Source of the DNA: the human T2T-CHM13v2.0 reference genome, Homo sapiens
DNA: 64,000 nucleotides
Strand: one strand, 5' to 3'
Assembly: GCF_009914755.1 (NCBI RefSeq)
Contig: NC_060937.1
Shown here: positions 15,415 through 30,457 of the stretch, in pieces
Numbering within the stretch: the stretch's first letter is position 1
Layout: each line of letters opens with the position of its first letter
Position numbers and translations under genes: made by a program
The notes under the pieces: generated by a model
Seen by the model: the letters and a program-made list of their open reading frames with translations, nothing else
Databases searched by the model: none
Told to the model about the DNA's origin: nothing

Positions 15415-15555
<141 letters not shown>

Positions 15556-15864
15556 GCAAATTATAATTTTTAATTTTAAAGACTTTTTTTTTTAAAAAAA
15601 GCTGTATTAAATCTGTTTAATTATTAAGTATTTGAAAAGATTACATTGGTAAGTATATTGAGAGTTGTTTTTCACTTAATGCAGAAAAGAAAAATGTAAA
15701 ATAAGACCTGTATATTGTACTCACATATTGCTTTACTTGTATTTTATTCTTACCATAGATGATTGATTATTCTCAAATGATATTAAGCTTGGTTCATACT
15801 AGAAACAAGTTTTTCCTCTTCCCTCCCTCTGTCTCTCCCTTTCTTCCTTCCTTCCTTCCATCCC

Positions 15865-15955
15865 CAGGATAGACTTGAACTCTGGGCTTAAACAATCCTC
15901 CTGCCTCTGCCTCCCAAGTAGCTGGGACTGCTGGTGTGCACCACCTTGCCTAGCT
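15865..15955 (-). mobile_element. Alu monomer fragment (FLAM-like)
   Basis: cctcccaagtagctgggact, preceded by a CT-rich tract. Confidence 0.7.
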
Positions 15956-16075
15956 ATAAACAATTTTTAATGTCTAAATATTGCATAATGAGTTGCATAA
16001 AATTGTGACAAAAACACACTACTCTTGAAATGATGCATAATCCAAGCATGCCACTCTCTGGCTACAGACATAGTA

Positions 16076-16250
16076 CAGCTCAGTACAATAGAAGTTCCTG
16101 CAATGATGAAAATGTACTGTATCTGCTCTGTCTAATATGCTAGCCACTAATCACATATGGCTATTGAACTGACCAGTGCAACAAAGTGGCTAGTACAACT
16201 GTTGAGTGGCTAATGCAACTGGGAAATAAACATTTAAATTTACTGATTAT
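16076..16250. mobile_element. MER3 hAT element
   Basis: caatagaagttcctgcaatgatgaaaatgt...tagccacta. Confidence 0.7.
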
Positions 16251-16297
16251 CATTTATATGTTTAAGCACTTTTCTTTAGAAGATTTGACAAATTATG

Positions 16298-16612
16298 TTT
16301 TGTTTGTTTGTTCGTTTGTTTTTGTTTTTTTGAGACGGAATTTTGCTCTTCTTGCCCAGGCTGTAGTGCAATGGCACTATCTCGGCTCACTACAACCTCC
16401 ACCTCCCATGTTCAAGCGATTCTCCTGCCTCAGTCTCCTGAGTAGCTGGGATTTACAGGCATGCACCATCACGCCCAGCCAATTTTGTATTTTTAGTAGA
16501 CGGGGTTTCTCCATGTTGGTCAGGCTGGTCTCAAACTCCCAACCTCAGGTAATCCACCCACCTCGGCCTCCCAAAATGCTGGGATTACAGGTGTGAGCCA
16601 CCACACCTGGCC
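16298..16612 (-). mobile_element. AluSp-like
   Basis: Alu with exact TSD ttgacaaattatgtttt. Confidence 0.95.
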
Positions 16613-16790
16613 TTGACAAATTATGTTTTTCAGTTAAGATATACATCCTTTGGACAAGTGAAAAATAAAATTAAAAAGTCCGTAGATGAAAAAATCAGGA
16701 ATTAGTAGTTATACTACTTGACATCAAATATTTTCTTGATGTTAAAACTTATACTGAAAAAGCATTATAAATAAGTTGTCTATAAACAAC

Positions 16791-17186
16791 TGTATTAGTC
16801 TGAAGAGCTTCCATAAGAAAACACCACAGACTGGGTGGTTCAAGCAACATAAATATATTTTCTTACAGTTCTGGAGGCTAGAAGTACAAGATCCAGGTGC
16901 TGTCAGCGTTGGTGTCTGATAAGGCCTCTCTTCCTGGCTTGTAGATGGCCATCTTTTCACTGTGTCCTAATATGGACTTTCTTCTGTGCATGCATGCAGA
17001 AAGAGAGATCTATGGTGTCTCTTCCTTATCCTGTAAAGACAACAATCTTATCAGATTAGCGCCCCATCCTTGTGACCTCACTTAAACTTAATTACTTTGC
17101 TTAAAGGCCCTATCTTCAAATACAGTCACTCAGGGGTTAAGGTTTCAACACATGAATTTTAAGGGGATACAATTCAGTCCACAACA
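16791..17186 (-). mobile_element. MLT1B-like MaLR LTR
   Basis: tgtattagtc...aattcagtccacaaca. Confidence 0.85.
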
Positions 17187-17279
17187 ATAATGATATAAAT
17201 TTTAACTGTAGTTAGTTCATTTTAATCTACCTTCTTTTAAGATTTCATTATTTACATATCAAACCAAGGATTTTAAATA

Positions 17280-17540
17280 GCTAATGATAATAAGTCAACA
17301 TTTATAGAATGCTTACCATATGTGAGGCACTATTCTAAGCATTTTATATGTTTTAACATATTAACCCCTATACCAACCCTAAAAGCTAGGTATGCCATTA
17401 ACATTCTCATTTTTCAACGAAGAAACTGAGACAGAGAAATAGTAACTTCCCCAAGTTTATGCTAGCAACTGGTGGAAGACAGAATTTTAACCCAGAAATT
17501 TGTTTCAATCTTTTTTTAATTGCTTTGCTATACTATTGCT
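17280..17540 (-). mobile_element. MIR
   Basis: gaagaaactgagacagaga...gtaacttcccc core. Confidence 0.8.
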
Positions 17541-18389
17541 CTTGAAATAATTTGCTTAGAGAAGGATTAAGAGAGAATGATTAAGTACTTGTTAAAAATG
17601 TGTTCATGAAGTTTCTCATCACTTTGGAAAAATCCCATGTAGGTAATTATATTATAAAGTTAAGTGAAAAAAGGACATAAAATTGAATATAGAGAATTAT
17701 TCATTATGTTTAATCTCCCCTCTCCCCTCAAAAAACTATGCTTAGAAAAAAAGACCTGAAATAAATCTGTTGTCTACCTTTTGTATGTTCAAAATTTCTT
17801 TTATCAGAAAAGTGTTTATTATAAAACTTTAGTTATTAAAATTATGAAGATAATTTAAAAGTTATTTATGGTTATAGTAATATTTTAAGTTAGAGGCAAT
17901 CTAAATCCAGTTTTTTATAAAAGTTCATAAAAAATCTAGCTGAAAAGGTTTGGCCTTTTATTTCCTCAGATGCTTACCCTGATACTTAGATTAGTTTTAG
18001 TTGAATCTGAAGATGTTTTTATTTATAATGAGTTATTAAGTCTATATTTCTTAAAGATATGATTTTGTTTTTCAGATAAACAAAGTAAAACAGTTCTCTC
18101 CACAGACAAATCATTAGTACTCCTTAAATTGAACTTTTTGACTTGACCTTTCTGAGGTTAGCAAATAGATTGTGGGCAGAAGAAAAAGTTCATGTTTCAC
18201 AAATGATTCCTGTCTTCTTTCACTGATTTTAGTACTTTACAAGATAAAAATATCTTCAGGACATGCCACATATGTACAACCTAAGATGACTTTTGATAAA
18301 GCAAGAGACACATTGCTTACCTTAGTCTGGACTCCTGAGATGTATGGAACTGTCTTGAATTGTCTCCACTCAACAGGAGTCATGTTTCT

Positions 18390-18590
18390 AGCTGTCAGTT
18401 GTTGGATACCTACTATTTGCAGACTTTATTCTAGGTATCTCATTATTTTATTAAATCCTCACTCCAGTCCAGTGAGGTGGATATTTTCACTTCCATTTTA
18501 CAATGAGGAAATTAAGATACAAAGCGAAAATTCAACTTGGCCAGGGCCAGCTGCTGTATGAGTAACAGAAGCAACTCTAAAATTTAGTTC
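18390..18590 (-). mobile_element. MIR
   Basis: ccattttacaatgaggaaattaag core. Confidence 0.65.
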
Positions 18591-18734
18591 TGCCAAGGGC
18601 AGTAGTTATGAAGATTAAATAAAATAACTCAGTAGAAACAAGCCAATGTTAATTTGTGGATGAATGGATAAAGGAAAGGTGGTATATAATGCAAATGTAT
18701 ATTATTTAACCAAATAATTCTTACACTTACTGCA

Positions 18735-19130
18735 ACATGGAATGAAATTCTGACACATACTACAAACAAAAAGCAATACGATTTTGACATATACTACAAC
18801 ATGGAAGAACCCCGAGGACATTATGCTAAATGAAGTAAGCCAGACACAAAAGGACAGATACTGCCTGCTTCCACTTATATAAGGTACCTAGAAGTGTGAA
18901 AGTCATAAAGACTGAAAGTAGAAAGGTGGTTGCCAGAGGTTGAAAGGAGATGGGAATGGGGAACTAGTGTTTAATGGGTACACAGTTTCAGTTTGGGGTG
19001 ATAAAAAAGTTCTGGAGATGTGGTGGTGGTGGCGGCAGTGGCATAACAATGTGAATGTACTTCATGTCACTAAAATGTACATGTAGACATGGTTAAAATC
19101 ATGAATGTTATGTTATTTATATTTTATCAG
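18735..19130 (+). mobile_element. L1MB 3' end
   Basis: gacattatgctaaatgaagtaagccagacacaaaagga...gttctggagatg. Confidence 0.85.
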
Positions 19131-20089
19131 AGTAAAACAGTCACCCATAAAGTCTCTTCAGTAGAGTTCTAGCTCATTATAGAACCAACACATGGTTGAG
19201 GATCACAAGAGACTATCTGTAATAATAAATAAAAGGAGATCATTAATGAGGTACCATTTAAGTGGTCAGACCTATTTTTGTTTAGAGAAAAATCAGGGAA
19301 AAATTTAGAGAACTCTACTTAGAGAAAATCAGAGAAAAATTCATGGAGAACTATTAGAAGTTTTCTAAACCTCATTTGCAAAGTATGATACTTTTTTAAA
19401 ACCTCCTGGAATATTTCCTTGTTGAAATTAAAAATTCTTAAGAAATGATACAGCATCTTATGGTTATTTCTTTATAGCAATGGAAGGGAAACTTCAACCA
19501 ATTTTAGTCACCAAATCAATAATGAGGCCTTATTCTATGCAGGTCTTATGTTAGGTATTGAAAGTGGAAACATCCAATCCTCTGCAGCCAGAGCTGGAAG
19601 GCAGGGGAAGTAAGCCCAGATAAAAAGCTATAAAGAAAAGAGGTGAGCAGGCAAAATTGCTAAGGTGTTCTGAAGGAAACTTCAAAAGAAAGAGACAGAT
19701 AGTCCCCGGGATGTTCACATAGACAAACACGCTCCCTGAAACTAAAGGTCAAATAAAGAACCAACAAAACAAAACAAAACTTCAAAGAGCCCATCTGTTG
19801 ATGGACAGTTCTGTACCAATTTATTCCTCCTCTCCCTATTTTGTAATATGATTTTTCCTCTTCTACCTTGGGCATTTTCAACACAGGCGTAGAGAAAGAA
19901 GCAGAAAGTGAGGGAAATCTACCACATCTGACCATTCGCCTGAGCCTGGTTCCTGAAGCCAAGAAGAATGAAAAGGGACGTCAATATCTCTATCTGCATT
20001 TCTATATCTAACACGGGACCCATTTCCCGAAAAATAATGAGTTGCTGCAAATCCAAGAAAAAAAGTAGGAGACTTAGTACAAAAATAGA

Positions 20090-21385
20090 CAAATAAATAG
20101 GTCAGCAAAGATGACCTCCAGATGGTCAAGAAGCATATAAAGAAGAATTTAACAGTCATTGGAAAATCCAAATTAAAATAACCAGATACAACTATAGTCT
20201 CATCAGAACACCTAAAATAAGAAACAGAGACAATATAAAATGTTTGTGAAGCTGTGGCTCACCTGGAATTCTCATACATTGATGATGGGAGGAAAAATTG
20301 GTATAAACATTTTAGAAAACCATTTGGCAGCATCTACTAAAGCTGAATACACACACTATTTTCATTTGTAGGAATATACTCATCAGAAATCAGTGCGTAT
20401 ATTCACCACAACATGTACAAGAGTATTCTTAGCAGCATTGTTCGTAATAGCTCTCTTATGGGTTGAACTGTGTCCCCTCCACCCTCCAAATTCACATGTT
20501 AAAGTCCTGGGCTGAGAATGTGATCTTGTTTGGAAATGGTGTTGTTGCAGATTTTATTAGTTAAGATGAAGCCATACAGGAAAAACGTGGGTCCCTAATC
20601 CACTATACTGCTGACCTTATAAATTGAGAAAATTTGGATATAGAAATGTACGTAGAGAAAATGCCATACCAAGATGAAGACAGAGATCAGGGTGATACTT
20701 TTACAAGCCAAGGAATATCAAAGATTGCCAGCAAACCACCAGGAAGTATGGGAGAGGAATGGAACATATTTTTCCTTACAGCCCTTCAAAGGAATCAACC
20801 TGCTGACACCTTGATCTTGAACTTTTGGCCTCCAGAACTATAAGACAATAAATTTCTGTTGCTTAAGCCACTTGGTTTGTGGTGCTATGTAACAGCAGCC
20901 CTAGGAAACTAATGCAAGACCCAAAACAGAAAGAACTCAAATGCTCACCAGTCATATTTATTTAGTAAAACAGGTAAATAAATAGCGTATTCACACAATG
21001 AAATACTATACAGCAACAAAAATGAAAAAACTACAACTGCACCCAACAATATGAATAAATCTTGCAAACATGAAAATGAATCAGACTCAAAAGGATACAT
21101 ATAGTATGCTTCTATGTACATAAAGTTAAAAAACTGTGGAAACTAATTTATGGTGTTAAAAGTCAGGATAACGGTTATACTTTGTACAAAGGTAGAGGCA
21201 AGAAGTGTGCCAGGGGGTCTTTTGAGGTTCTGGAAATATTTTATCTCTTAATGTGGGTGCTGGTTGCATGGGTTTATTCAGCTGGTGGAAAATCATCAAG
21301 GGGTACAAGTACATAAAAGTATACACAAGGCGTGTACTTTCCTGTATTGGTGTATATTGTGATAAAAAGTTGTTAAAGTAAAAAA
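20090..21385 (+). mobile_element. Old L1M 3' region interrupted by MLT1C
   Basis: L1 ORF2-end and 3'UTR motifs on both sides of the LTR. Confidence 0.7.
20454..20916 (+). mobile_element. MLT1C-like MaLR LTR
   Basis: tatgggttgaactgtgtccc...cagcagccctaggaaactaatgca. Confidence 0.85.
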
Positions 21386-21409
21386 AAAAAGCCAGCAAAT
21401 CTCCCTTCT

Positions 21410-22080
21410 CCAGTTGTTTGTGACCTTTGTTAAAATTTCTTAGGATTCTAAGACTCAGTTTCCTGATATATGTAATGGTAATAGTACTTATTCTATATGT
21501 TTGTTGTGAGTTGACACATATGAAGTTGTGACTTGATACATATGAAGACTTAGCAAAATGCTAGCAGTATTCAATAAATGTTAGCTATTATTGCCATATT
21601 ATGATCGACAAACATAGTAATAGTTTCACTTCTGGATAAACAACTAGCGACATATTTTCTATGGTTACACACACTGGAATCTATTGCGAATTTTGTGACG
21701 AGTTATTATGTAAGGTAGAAGTCCAGACACATAGCGTAGAAAAAATATGGAGTCAAGCTGGGAGACCTAATTGACTTGTCTGTTCTATTAGATAGTCTCC
21801 ACCCTCCCTGAATTACAATTTTTACTCCATATTTTAAGTGCAAAATATTTTAAATTTTTTCTTTTTTTTTCTTCTTTGAGAGCCACTGGAAAATTATAAG
21901 CCTTTATACTTGTATGGTTATATACAAATATAACATATATACAAATATATGTTGAGCTTCACAACAACCTGACAGATAGGGATGGAATTAATATTCTGAC
22001 ATTAAAGATGAGCAAACCAGCTCAGCAGGTTAAGTGACTTATCCAGGATCACCTTGCTAATATACAGCAGAGTTGGGACC
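21410..22080. mobile_element. Two MIR fragments (21410-21600 +, 21950-22080 -)
   Basis: ctcagtttcctg and ggttaagtgactt cores. Confidence 0.6.
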
Positions 22081-22130
22081 ATGGCTATTACAAAATTATT
22101 TGGATAATTCAGTAAGTGAAGGAAGGAGAT

Positions 22131-22495
22131 GTTTTGTTGTTGTTGTTTTTGAGGCAAGGTCTTGCTCTGTTAACTTGGCTGGGGTGCAGTGATGTGATCA
22201 TAGCTCACTGCAACCTCTAACTCCTGGGATCAAGGGATCCTCCTGCCTCAAGCTCCCAAGCAGATGGGACTACAGGTACACACCACTGAACCTGGCTAAT
22301 TTTTTTATTCATTTATTTTTTGTAGAGACAGAGGCTTCACTTTGTTGCTGAGGCTGATCTCTGGGTCTTACTCTGTTACCTAGGCTGGAGTGCAGTGGCG
22401 TGATCATAGCTCACCGCAACCTCTAACTCCTAAGCTCAAGTGATCCTCTTGCCTCAGCCTCCTAAAGTGCTGGGATTACAGGTGTGAGCCCAGCT
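22131..22495 (-). mobile_element. AluJ with internal duplication
   Basis: TSD ggaaggaga at 22121 and 22496; right-arm segment present twice. Confidence 0.9.
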
Positions 22496-22542
22496 GGAAG
22501 GAGAATAATGCAAGGTGAATAGTAAGAGAATATTTGCTTGAG

Positions 22543-22740
22543 CAATGATATCCAATAAACTTTCTGTGATGATGCAAATGTTCTATATTTGCTGTGTCCC
22601 ACATGGTAACCACTAGACACATGTGGTAACTGAGCACTAGAAATGTGGCCAGTATGACTGAAGAACTGAATGTTTAATATTTTAATATTTATATTTAAGT
22701 GGTCATATGTGGCTAGTGGCTACTATATTGGACAGTGTAG
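22543..22740. mobile_element. MER3
   Basis: tccaataaactttctgtgatgatg...tattggacagtgtag. Confidence 0.85.
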
Positions 22741-23531
22741 TTGTATTGTTTCAGGAATCATGGTAAAGTCCCATGGTCAAAATTTGGAGGCTGGACTAAG
22801 CGAGGTAGGCTCCCACATACTTTACGTGTTTAGTTTCTCTTTTATCCCAACCTTATATAAATGGAAATGTATGTGTGGAGTTGGGATTCTTTGGTTTTTA
22901 AGCTTGAATACATACAACTAATGTTAGGTACTTATTGTATTTTCAATGATTATTTGTGGAGGACACTTTTATTGTACTTTTAAAAGTTGATGTTTTACTT
23001 GTTTTAAAGCATCAACCCCTGAGAGGATTCACAACTATATTAGAATTTATCCTTTTTGGTGACAATACAATGCCTGCAATGTTTCTTCCAAAAACATTTT
23101 TGACATGTTGAGTTCATAATGTGTTTGAGTTTTATAATACTGATTTTTATTAGTGCTGTTTTAGAAGGCTATTTCTAGTTGGATGAGGTAGGAACGGTCA
23201 ATAGACTATTTTGGATTGTTTTATTAGTTACCACATTTGAATCAAGCTGGAAGTGAGATGGAGTTGCTTCCTAGATATCACTCTGAGGCTGCATTTACCT
23301 CTCTAAGCCTCAGTTTCCATATCTTTAAAATTAAGCTGTTGGGGTGGGTGATCTCAAAGTTATAGGATAAATAAAGGCTAAAGTTTTATGGTTCTAAGAA
23401 AACATGCATTTTCTTTCTTTTCTAGACAACTGAGTTCTAAAGAACTTACAGGGACTACAGGGAGCCACATCATCTGTCCCATTTAGACAAAAAAATTAAT
23501 TTTGATTTTCTACTACCTGTGCAGTATTTGC

Positions 23532-23560
23532 GTGTGTGTGTGTGTGTGTGTGTGTGCGTG
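23532..23560. repeat. (TG)n microsatellite
   Basis: Direct reading. Confidence 0.95.
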
Positions 23561-23585
23561 CATGTGGTTTTGTAACATTTATGCT

Positions 23586-25281
<1,696 letters not shown>

Positions 25282-25889
25282 TAAAAGTCAGTATCTGGAA
25301 TTCCACTTGGTGTCTTCACCTTTACTGGGGAAATCATGCCAGATTTCTCAACAATCATCTTCATAAACAGAATTTATAGATATTTTATGAGAATTTCACA
25401 TATAATTTAGGTGAAGTGAAATGCAATATAAATATTTTATTTTTTCTAGGATATACCAGCCAGATACAAAAGGAACTTCCTTTTTTTTTTTTTCCAGACA
25501 TTATCTTGGCTTACTTTGGCATTGTCAGGCCACTAGTTTTTTCACCTATTTGAATGTTAAAGCCAGGAAATGGGTATAATTTTCTTCTTAGTTCTAGAAA
25601 GGCAGCATCTGGTAAGTTATTCCATCTGATTATCACTGTCATTTTATCCTTCAGATATTGAGTGACCTTTATCCTGAGGGCGGAAATCAGGCAACTTTCT
25701 TATATAGTGACCTTATTGTTGTATCAGAATATGTTGCTAATGGTGAAGCAGTGTACTGACATTAGACTGTGTTAAACAAATGAGGCCTGGTTTCTGTTAT
25801 GAAAGAAAAAGAGCAAATGCACATTAACATGTTAAGAAGATCTGGATGTGTAGGAGACATTTCTCTTTCCTAATATTTTACACATACAG

Positions 25890-25894
25890 ACACA

Positions 25895-25925
<31 letters not shown>

Positions 25926-25927
25926 CA
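25890..25927. repeat. (CA)n microsatellite
   Basis: Direct reading. Confidence 0.95.
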
Positions 25928-26538
25928 GTGTTTGTCTTCTTATACAATAATCACATTAGCCAGTTAAGGGACACCTGTCATAACAGCCCTATCCTCAGTG
26001 ACAGTGCTGCTCTTCTATGGCTTACAGAGTAAAAAGGAGATGACAACATAGAAAGTCCTGCTTTAGCATGGTCAGAGAACAGCCTTCCATACCTAAGGTA
26101 AAGCAAAGATTATTTTAATAACTTATGAGTTATTCTAAGTTCAAATATGAATTCCCCAAAGCAAAATGGCTACTGATTTGCTCACATTTGTTGCCTATTA
26201 CCAAACAAAGGAAAAATGAAAATGCTAAATAAAAATATTGTTAGGACTGAGATGCAGCTTATCAGAATTCAGATCTTTTCCAAGTGTTTACTGGTGATGC
26301 CATCATATATATGTATTATATAAGGCTGATAGGAAAACTTAAATTTAGGAAATTCATTTAAATTTCTAAGGTAACTCTCTGGTACTTCATTCCTTTCTCC
26401 TGTTCCTTCCTCTATCTTTTATCTTTACTATATAGATACTATATTAGTTTGTTGTATTTAAATAAACAGGGAATGTCAGTTCTCTCTATTAACTTGGTTA
26501 GATTACAGCCCTAATTATTCAAACACTCACATAGGCAT

Positions 26539-26856
26539 TGTGGTGATTTAATAGATGTAATTAAAGTCTTGAATCAGTTGACTTTAAGTAAAGAAGATTA
26601 TCCTCAATAATCTGGGTGGGTCTGATTGAGTCAGTTAAATGTACTTAAGAGCAGAACTGAGGATTCCCTGAGGAAGAAGAAATTCTGCCTGTAGACAGCA
26701 GCTTCAGCTCCAACCCTAGAGTTACAGGGGTCTGTCCTCTGGATTCCGGACTTGCTGGACCAGCCCACAGAACTGTGTAAGCCAATTCCTTGCAATAAAT
26801 CTCTTAGGATATGTCTTCTGCTGACTCTGTTTCTCTAGTTGAATCTTGACTGATAA
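26539..26856 (+). mobile_element. ERVL LTR (MLT2D-like)
   Basis: taatctgggtgggtctgatt...gtaagccaattccttgcaataaatctc. Confidence 0.75.
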
Positions 26857-27882
26857 AAAGTTTTATTTCAGATTCTTTCAACATACTGGAGGAGAATAAA
26901 GAGAGGAAAAAGAAGTAGATACTTGTTTGTAAAATTGCTCACTTAGATATCCTCTCTAAAATTATAGAGCTGAACAGATGACGGAATCTCAGAACCAGTT
27001 AAATAAGAAACACTATGTGTAGCTAAACTGAGGTTCAAGCCTACAAACTGATTAAAAGATACATATACATTATAAAAGATTCAGAGATAAAACTGGAGTC
27101 ATTATTGTGTTAATTTTCATTTATATGTGAAAAGCAATAGTTTCTTATATTTCTAAAATATGCTTTAGAATTTAACGTCCAGAAAATGATTGCTAGTGAA
27201 TTTTCATTAGGTAGAAATAGAAATTTTCAGATAATGTAATTTTACCTCTTTCCAGTCATTCTACAGGTAATTATACAAAAACCACACATATTCCAAATGC
27301 AATTCATTACTAAGATCTGTGATCACACTAACCATCAATAGCCACTTTGAGTAGTTCTTTGTGGTAGAGGAAGTGATAAAAAACTAAAAATCAGTGAAGT
27401 GGTAAGGAAAATTTGGAACATCGCCTCCCTGTGATTTAGGCCTGTGTAGACGGCTTTCTGTAGGCAATGGCATGTCTTACTGCTCTTTAACTGGTGGGAC
27501 TCCCAACGAAGAATCCTGGCATTTGGGTGTGCAGCTCAATATATCTGACGATATAAGAAAGAGGATGATGAATGTTAAGTTGCTAGTTTACCTCTAGAGG
27601 GAATGGCCCTGCTTCTGGGAAGGTGGGAGGGGTTCCCAATGGGAAGTACGCCTCAGGCAAAGAGGTCCCCATGAACTCTATATAGCATCACACTATAGAA
27701 CAACATCAAAATCATTCTTAGTAGGAAGGCTTACAGATACATTACATCCACATGAGAAAATGCTAACAATGTAGAGTCCTGAGGGTTATTCTGAAGATGA
27801 AACACCAACCATGTAAAATGATAGTTGTAATTATCTAACACAATTTTGATAATACTGCTCTATCACTGTACATATTGGTACT

Positions 27883-28287
27883 TGTCTTAGTTGGGTTCTC
27901 CGGGATGCAGATGCTGATATAAAGTTTTCAGTGCAAGAGATTCACTGCGGAGCAATGTCTGTTAAAATAAAAAGGACTGGGCAGGGGGAGCTGTCGCAAC
28001 ATGCTGCAGAGCTGAAAAAGTCTCTGCCAGCTTCACAGGGAACTCTGAAAGTTTGTCCCTTTAAGGGCTTCAGTGTCTGGCAAAAATAGCCAGAGCCTTG
28101 TACCACTGCCTTGCTCAGTTAGTGGCTGGGTGCCACCCTGAAAATAGCACCTCCTCAGGTTGAAAGCTGAGGGAGACCCTGACAAAGCTACCAATTGGAA
28201 GTTGTCTGACAGCCACATTCCTTCCAGCTGGGCAGAGTGTGCTTTCTTGAAAGGGAATCTGGGCAGCTTATCTCCATGTCTACTCCA
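27883..28287 (-). mobile_element. ERVL solo LTR (LTR16-like)
   Basis: TG...CA termini, exact 5-bp TSD GTACT (27878-27882, 28288-28292). Confidence 0.8.
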
Positions 28288-28849
28288 GTACTGCAGAGCA
28301 GCACTAGTAAAATTTTGGGTGGCTGTGTGTTTGGAGATGAAAATTGATCAAGCCAGAATGAGAGGTGTTAGTGAAGTGCACTAAAATTCTACAATTCTAC
28401 TTGAGGTAGCTTCTAGTGCTGCACCACTGCAAATTCCTTAGATAACTAGAGTTGTCGCCATAATACCAGGGATTGAAAATATTATTGGATGTTGCTTAAG
28501 GTCTGTAAAATGGTAAAGAATATTGTTATTCCCACTGCATCTCAAGTAAGTTTCTCCTAGTGGGACAACTCAGTGCCTCTGCTTGTAATGGTCCATTACA
28601 GGTCACATGGGCTTAGTTGTAAAGTGGGCAAAAGAAGCTCAGAATGGCTCTTTTGGGGATGATGAATAAGAATTATTATTTTACATAGATCAAGAAGGTG
28701 GGATTTAAAGAAGTCAGATTGGCTCTTTGTGATACATTGCTATCTTTTTATGTCTTCTGCACGTTTCACAGTAGTGGTGGCTAGGAAGAGGAAAGAGACA
28801 AGGACTCTTCTTTATTAGGTGCATTATGCTTAATATAGTGCTTAATATG

Positions 28850-29050
28850 GTGGAGGCTCTGATGTCTGTCATCACCTACTAGTGATTTGGCATTAGCCAA
28901 GTTCATGAAACTCCTTGTGCCTTATTTTCCCCCCTCATCTGTTAACCAAGGAGTGCAACTGTGCCTATATCATGAAGTTCTGGTGAGGCTAAAATAATAG
29001 ATGTATAGTACTGGCTTAGAAAGGGCTCTATACTAGTAAGCTGTTGTTCT
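28850..29050 (+). mobile_element. MIR
   Basis: gtgccttattttccccctcatctgt core. Confidence 0.55.
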
Positions 29051-30278
29051 ACTTCTCCTTCCCCTCTTTCTCTTCCTCATTACAAATACGCTTTCCTGCT
29101 GAATTTGTTACTCCACTAGATTAGCAAAATGTTCAGAGAATCTGGGAGGAGGGTAAAATAGAAAGAATCTGTTACTCTATCAGGATTCAAGATGTCTGCT
29201 TTTGGTCAGATCTTTGATTTTTACTTTTATGTTCTCAGTGCTGCATTGGGTGTAAGAAATGGTCTCTGCCCTGAGCAGCCATCTATTTGAGAAACAGATG
29301 AACACATGAATGATTAATGAAAACACATATGCATATAAAATTAAGTTCTAAATAAATCTTATAGATCGTAAGTGATATAAGGATCTAATTTCAGTTTGCT
29401 GATACTGGCTGTTGTTTTGGTCATCGAGAGGCAATACCATTTGGAGTGAAATTGTGAGAGTGAGCGTTTGTACCAGTAATACCAATAAAATGGCATATGT
29501 TTATTGGCTTAGAAACTAAAATACATTAAGATCAAAACAAGGCAAGTTTAACAATATTTAAGTATGAGATATCACTGCCTCTTATTGTTAGCACAGTAAT
29601 GCTTTATGCTATTAGACATGTCAAAACGGCACAAATAGGAAGAGTTGATGAATGCTTTAAAAAGAACTATGAGGAAGGCTTACATTTTTTAGTTGTCAAT
29701 CTCTCAAAGAGTTTCTGTTTTTATTCTATCTTGCTATTTTAACCAGTTGATTAGGCTCACCCAGTGGCAGTCTTCATTTCAAGGATCTCCTCTGGACATT
29801 CATGAAGGAAATAAATGGGGCTCCAGATCCCTTTCCTTCCCTTCAGGGCGCTCCACTGTAAGATCATTTAGGGAAAATGTGGTGTTACGTTAAAAACATA
29901 GCTGGGCCACATCAAGCAGCATCATAGTTTTTAGGGTATAGAACGTTGGTCTTCAGGTTAAAAGGTACTTTTCGCTGCTCTGTCATACTCTTCTACTTGC
30001 TAGAGAAATATGCTTTATGCCGTGTCATGTGTGGTTAACCAGACAGTGAGATACTACTAACAGTGCTCCCAAGTGATTCCTTGCTGTTAAATCAATTGGA
30101 ATTATTGAGTATTACCACAAAATAATCCTATCTGATTTCATTACTTTCTTCTAACGTCCTTCCAGTAACCTAGAACTCTAGAGACCTCTTTCTTTGAGAG
30201 TTGTCTGGAGAGTCCGTTGGATTTTTAAATCTCTTATTACCAAAAAGTGGAAAAAAGAGTTTAAAAAGTAACCAAAGA

Positions 30279-30450
30279 GCTAGTGCCTGTAGTCTCAGCT
30301 ACTCCAGAGGCTGAGGCAGGTGGATAGCTTGGGCCGAGGAAGTTCGAGGCTACAGTGAGCCATGACTGCGCCTGCTAACAGCCACTGCACTCCAGTCTGG
30401 GCAATATAGTGAGACCCCATCTCTAAAAAAACAACAAACAAAAACAAAAA
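30279..30450 (+). mobile_element. FAM (fossil Alu monomer, 7SL-derived)
   Basis: Retains the 7SL segment gcgcctgctaacagccactgcactcc that is absent from dimeric Alus; A-rich tail. Confidence 0.75.
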
Positions 30451-30457
30451 TTACCCC

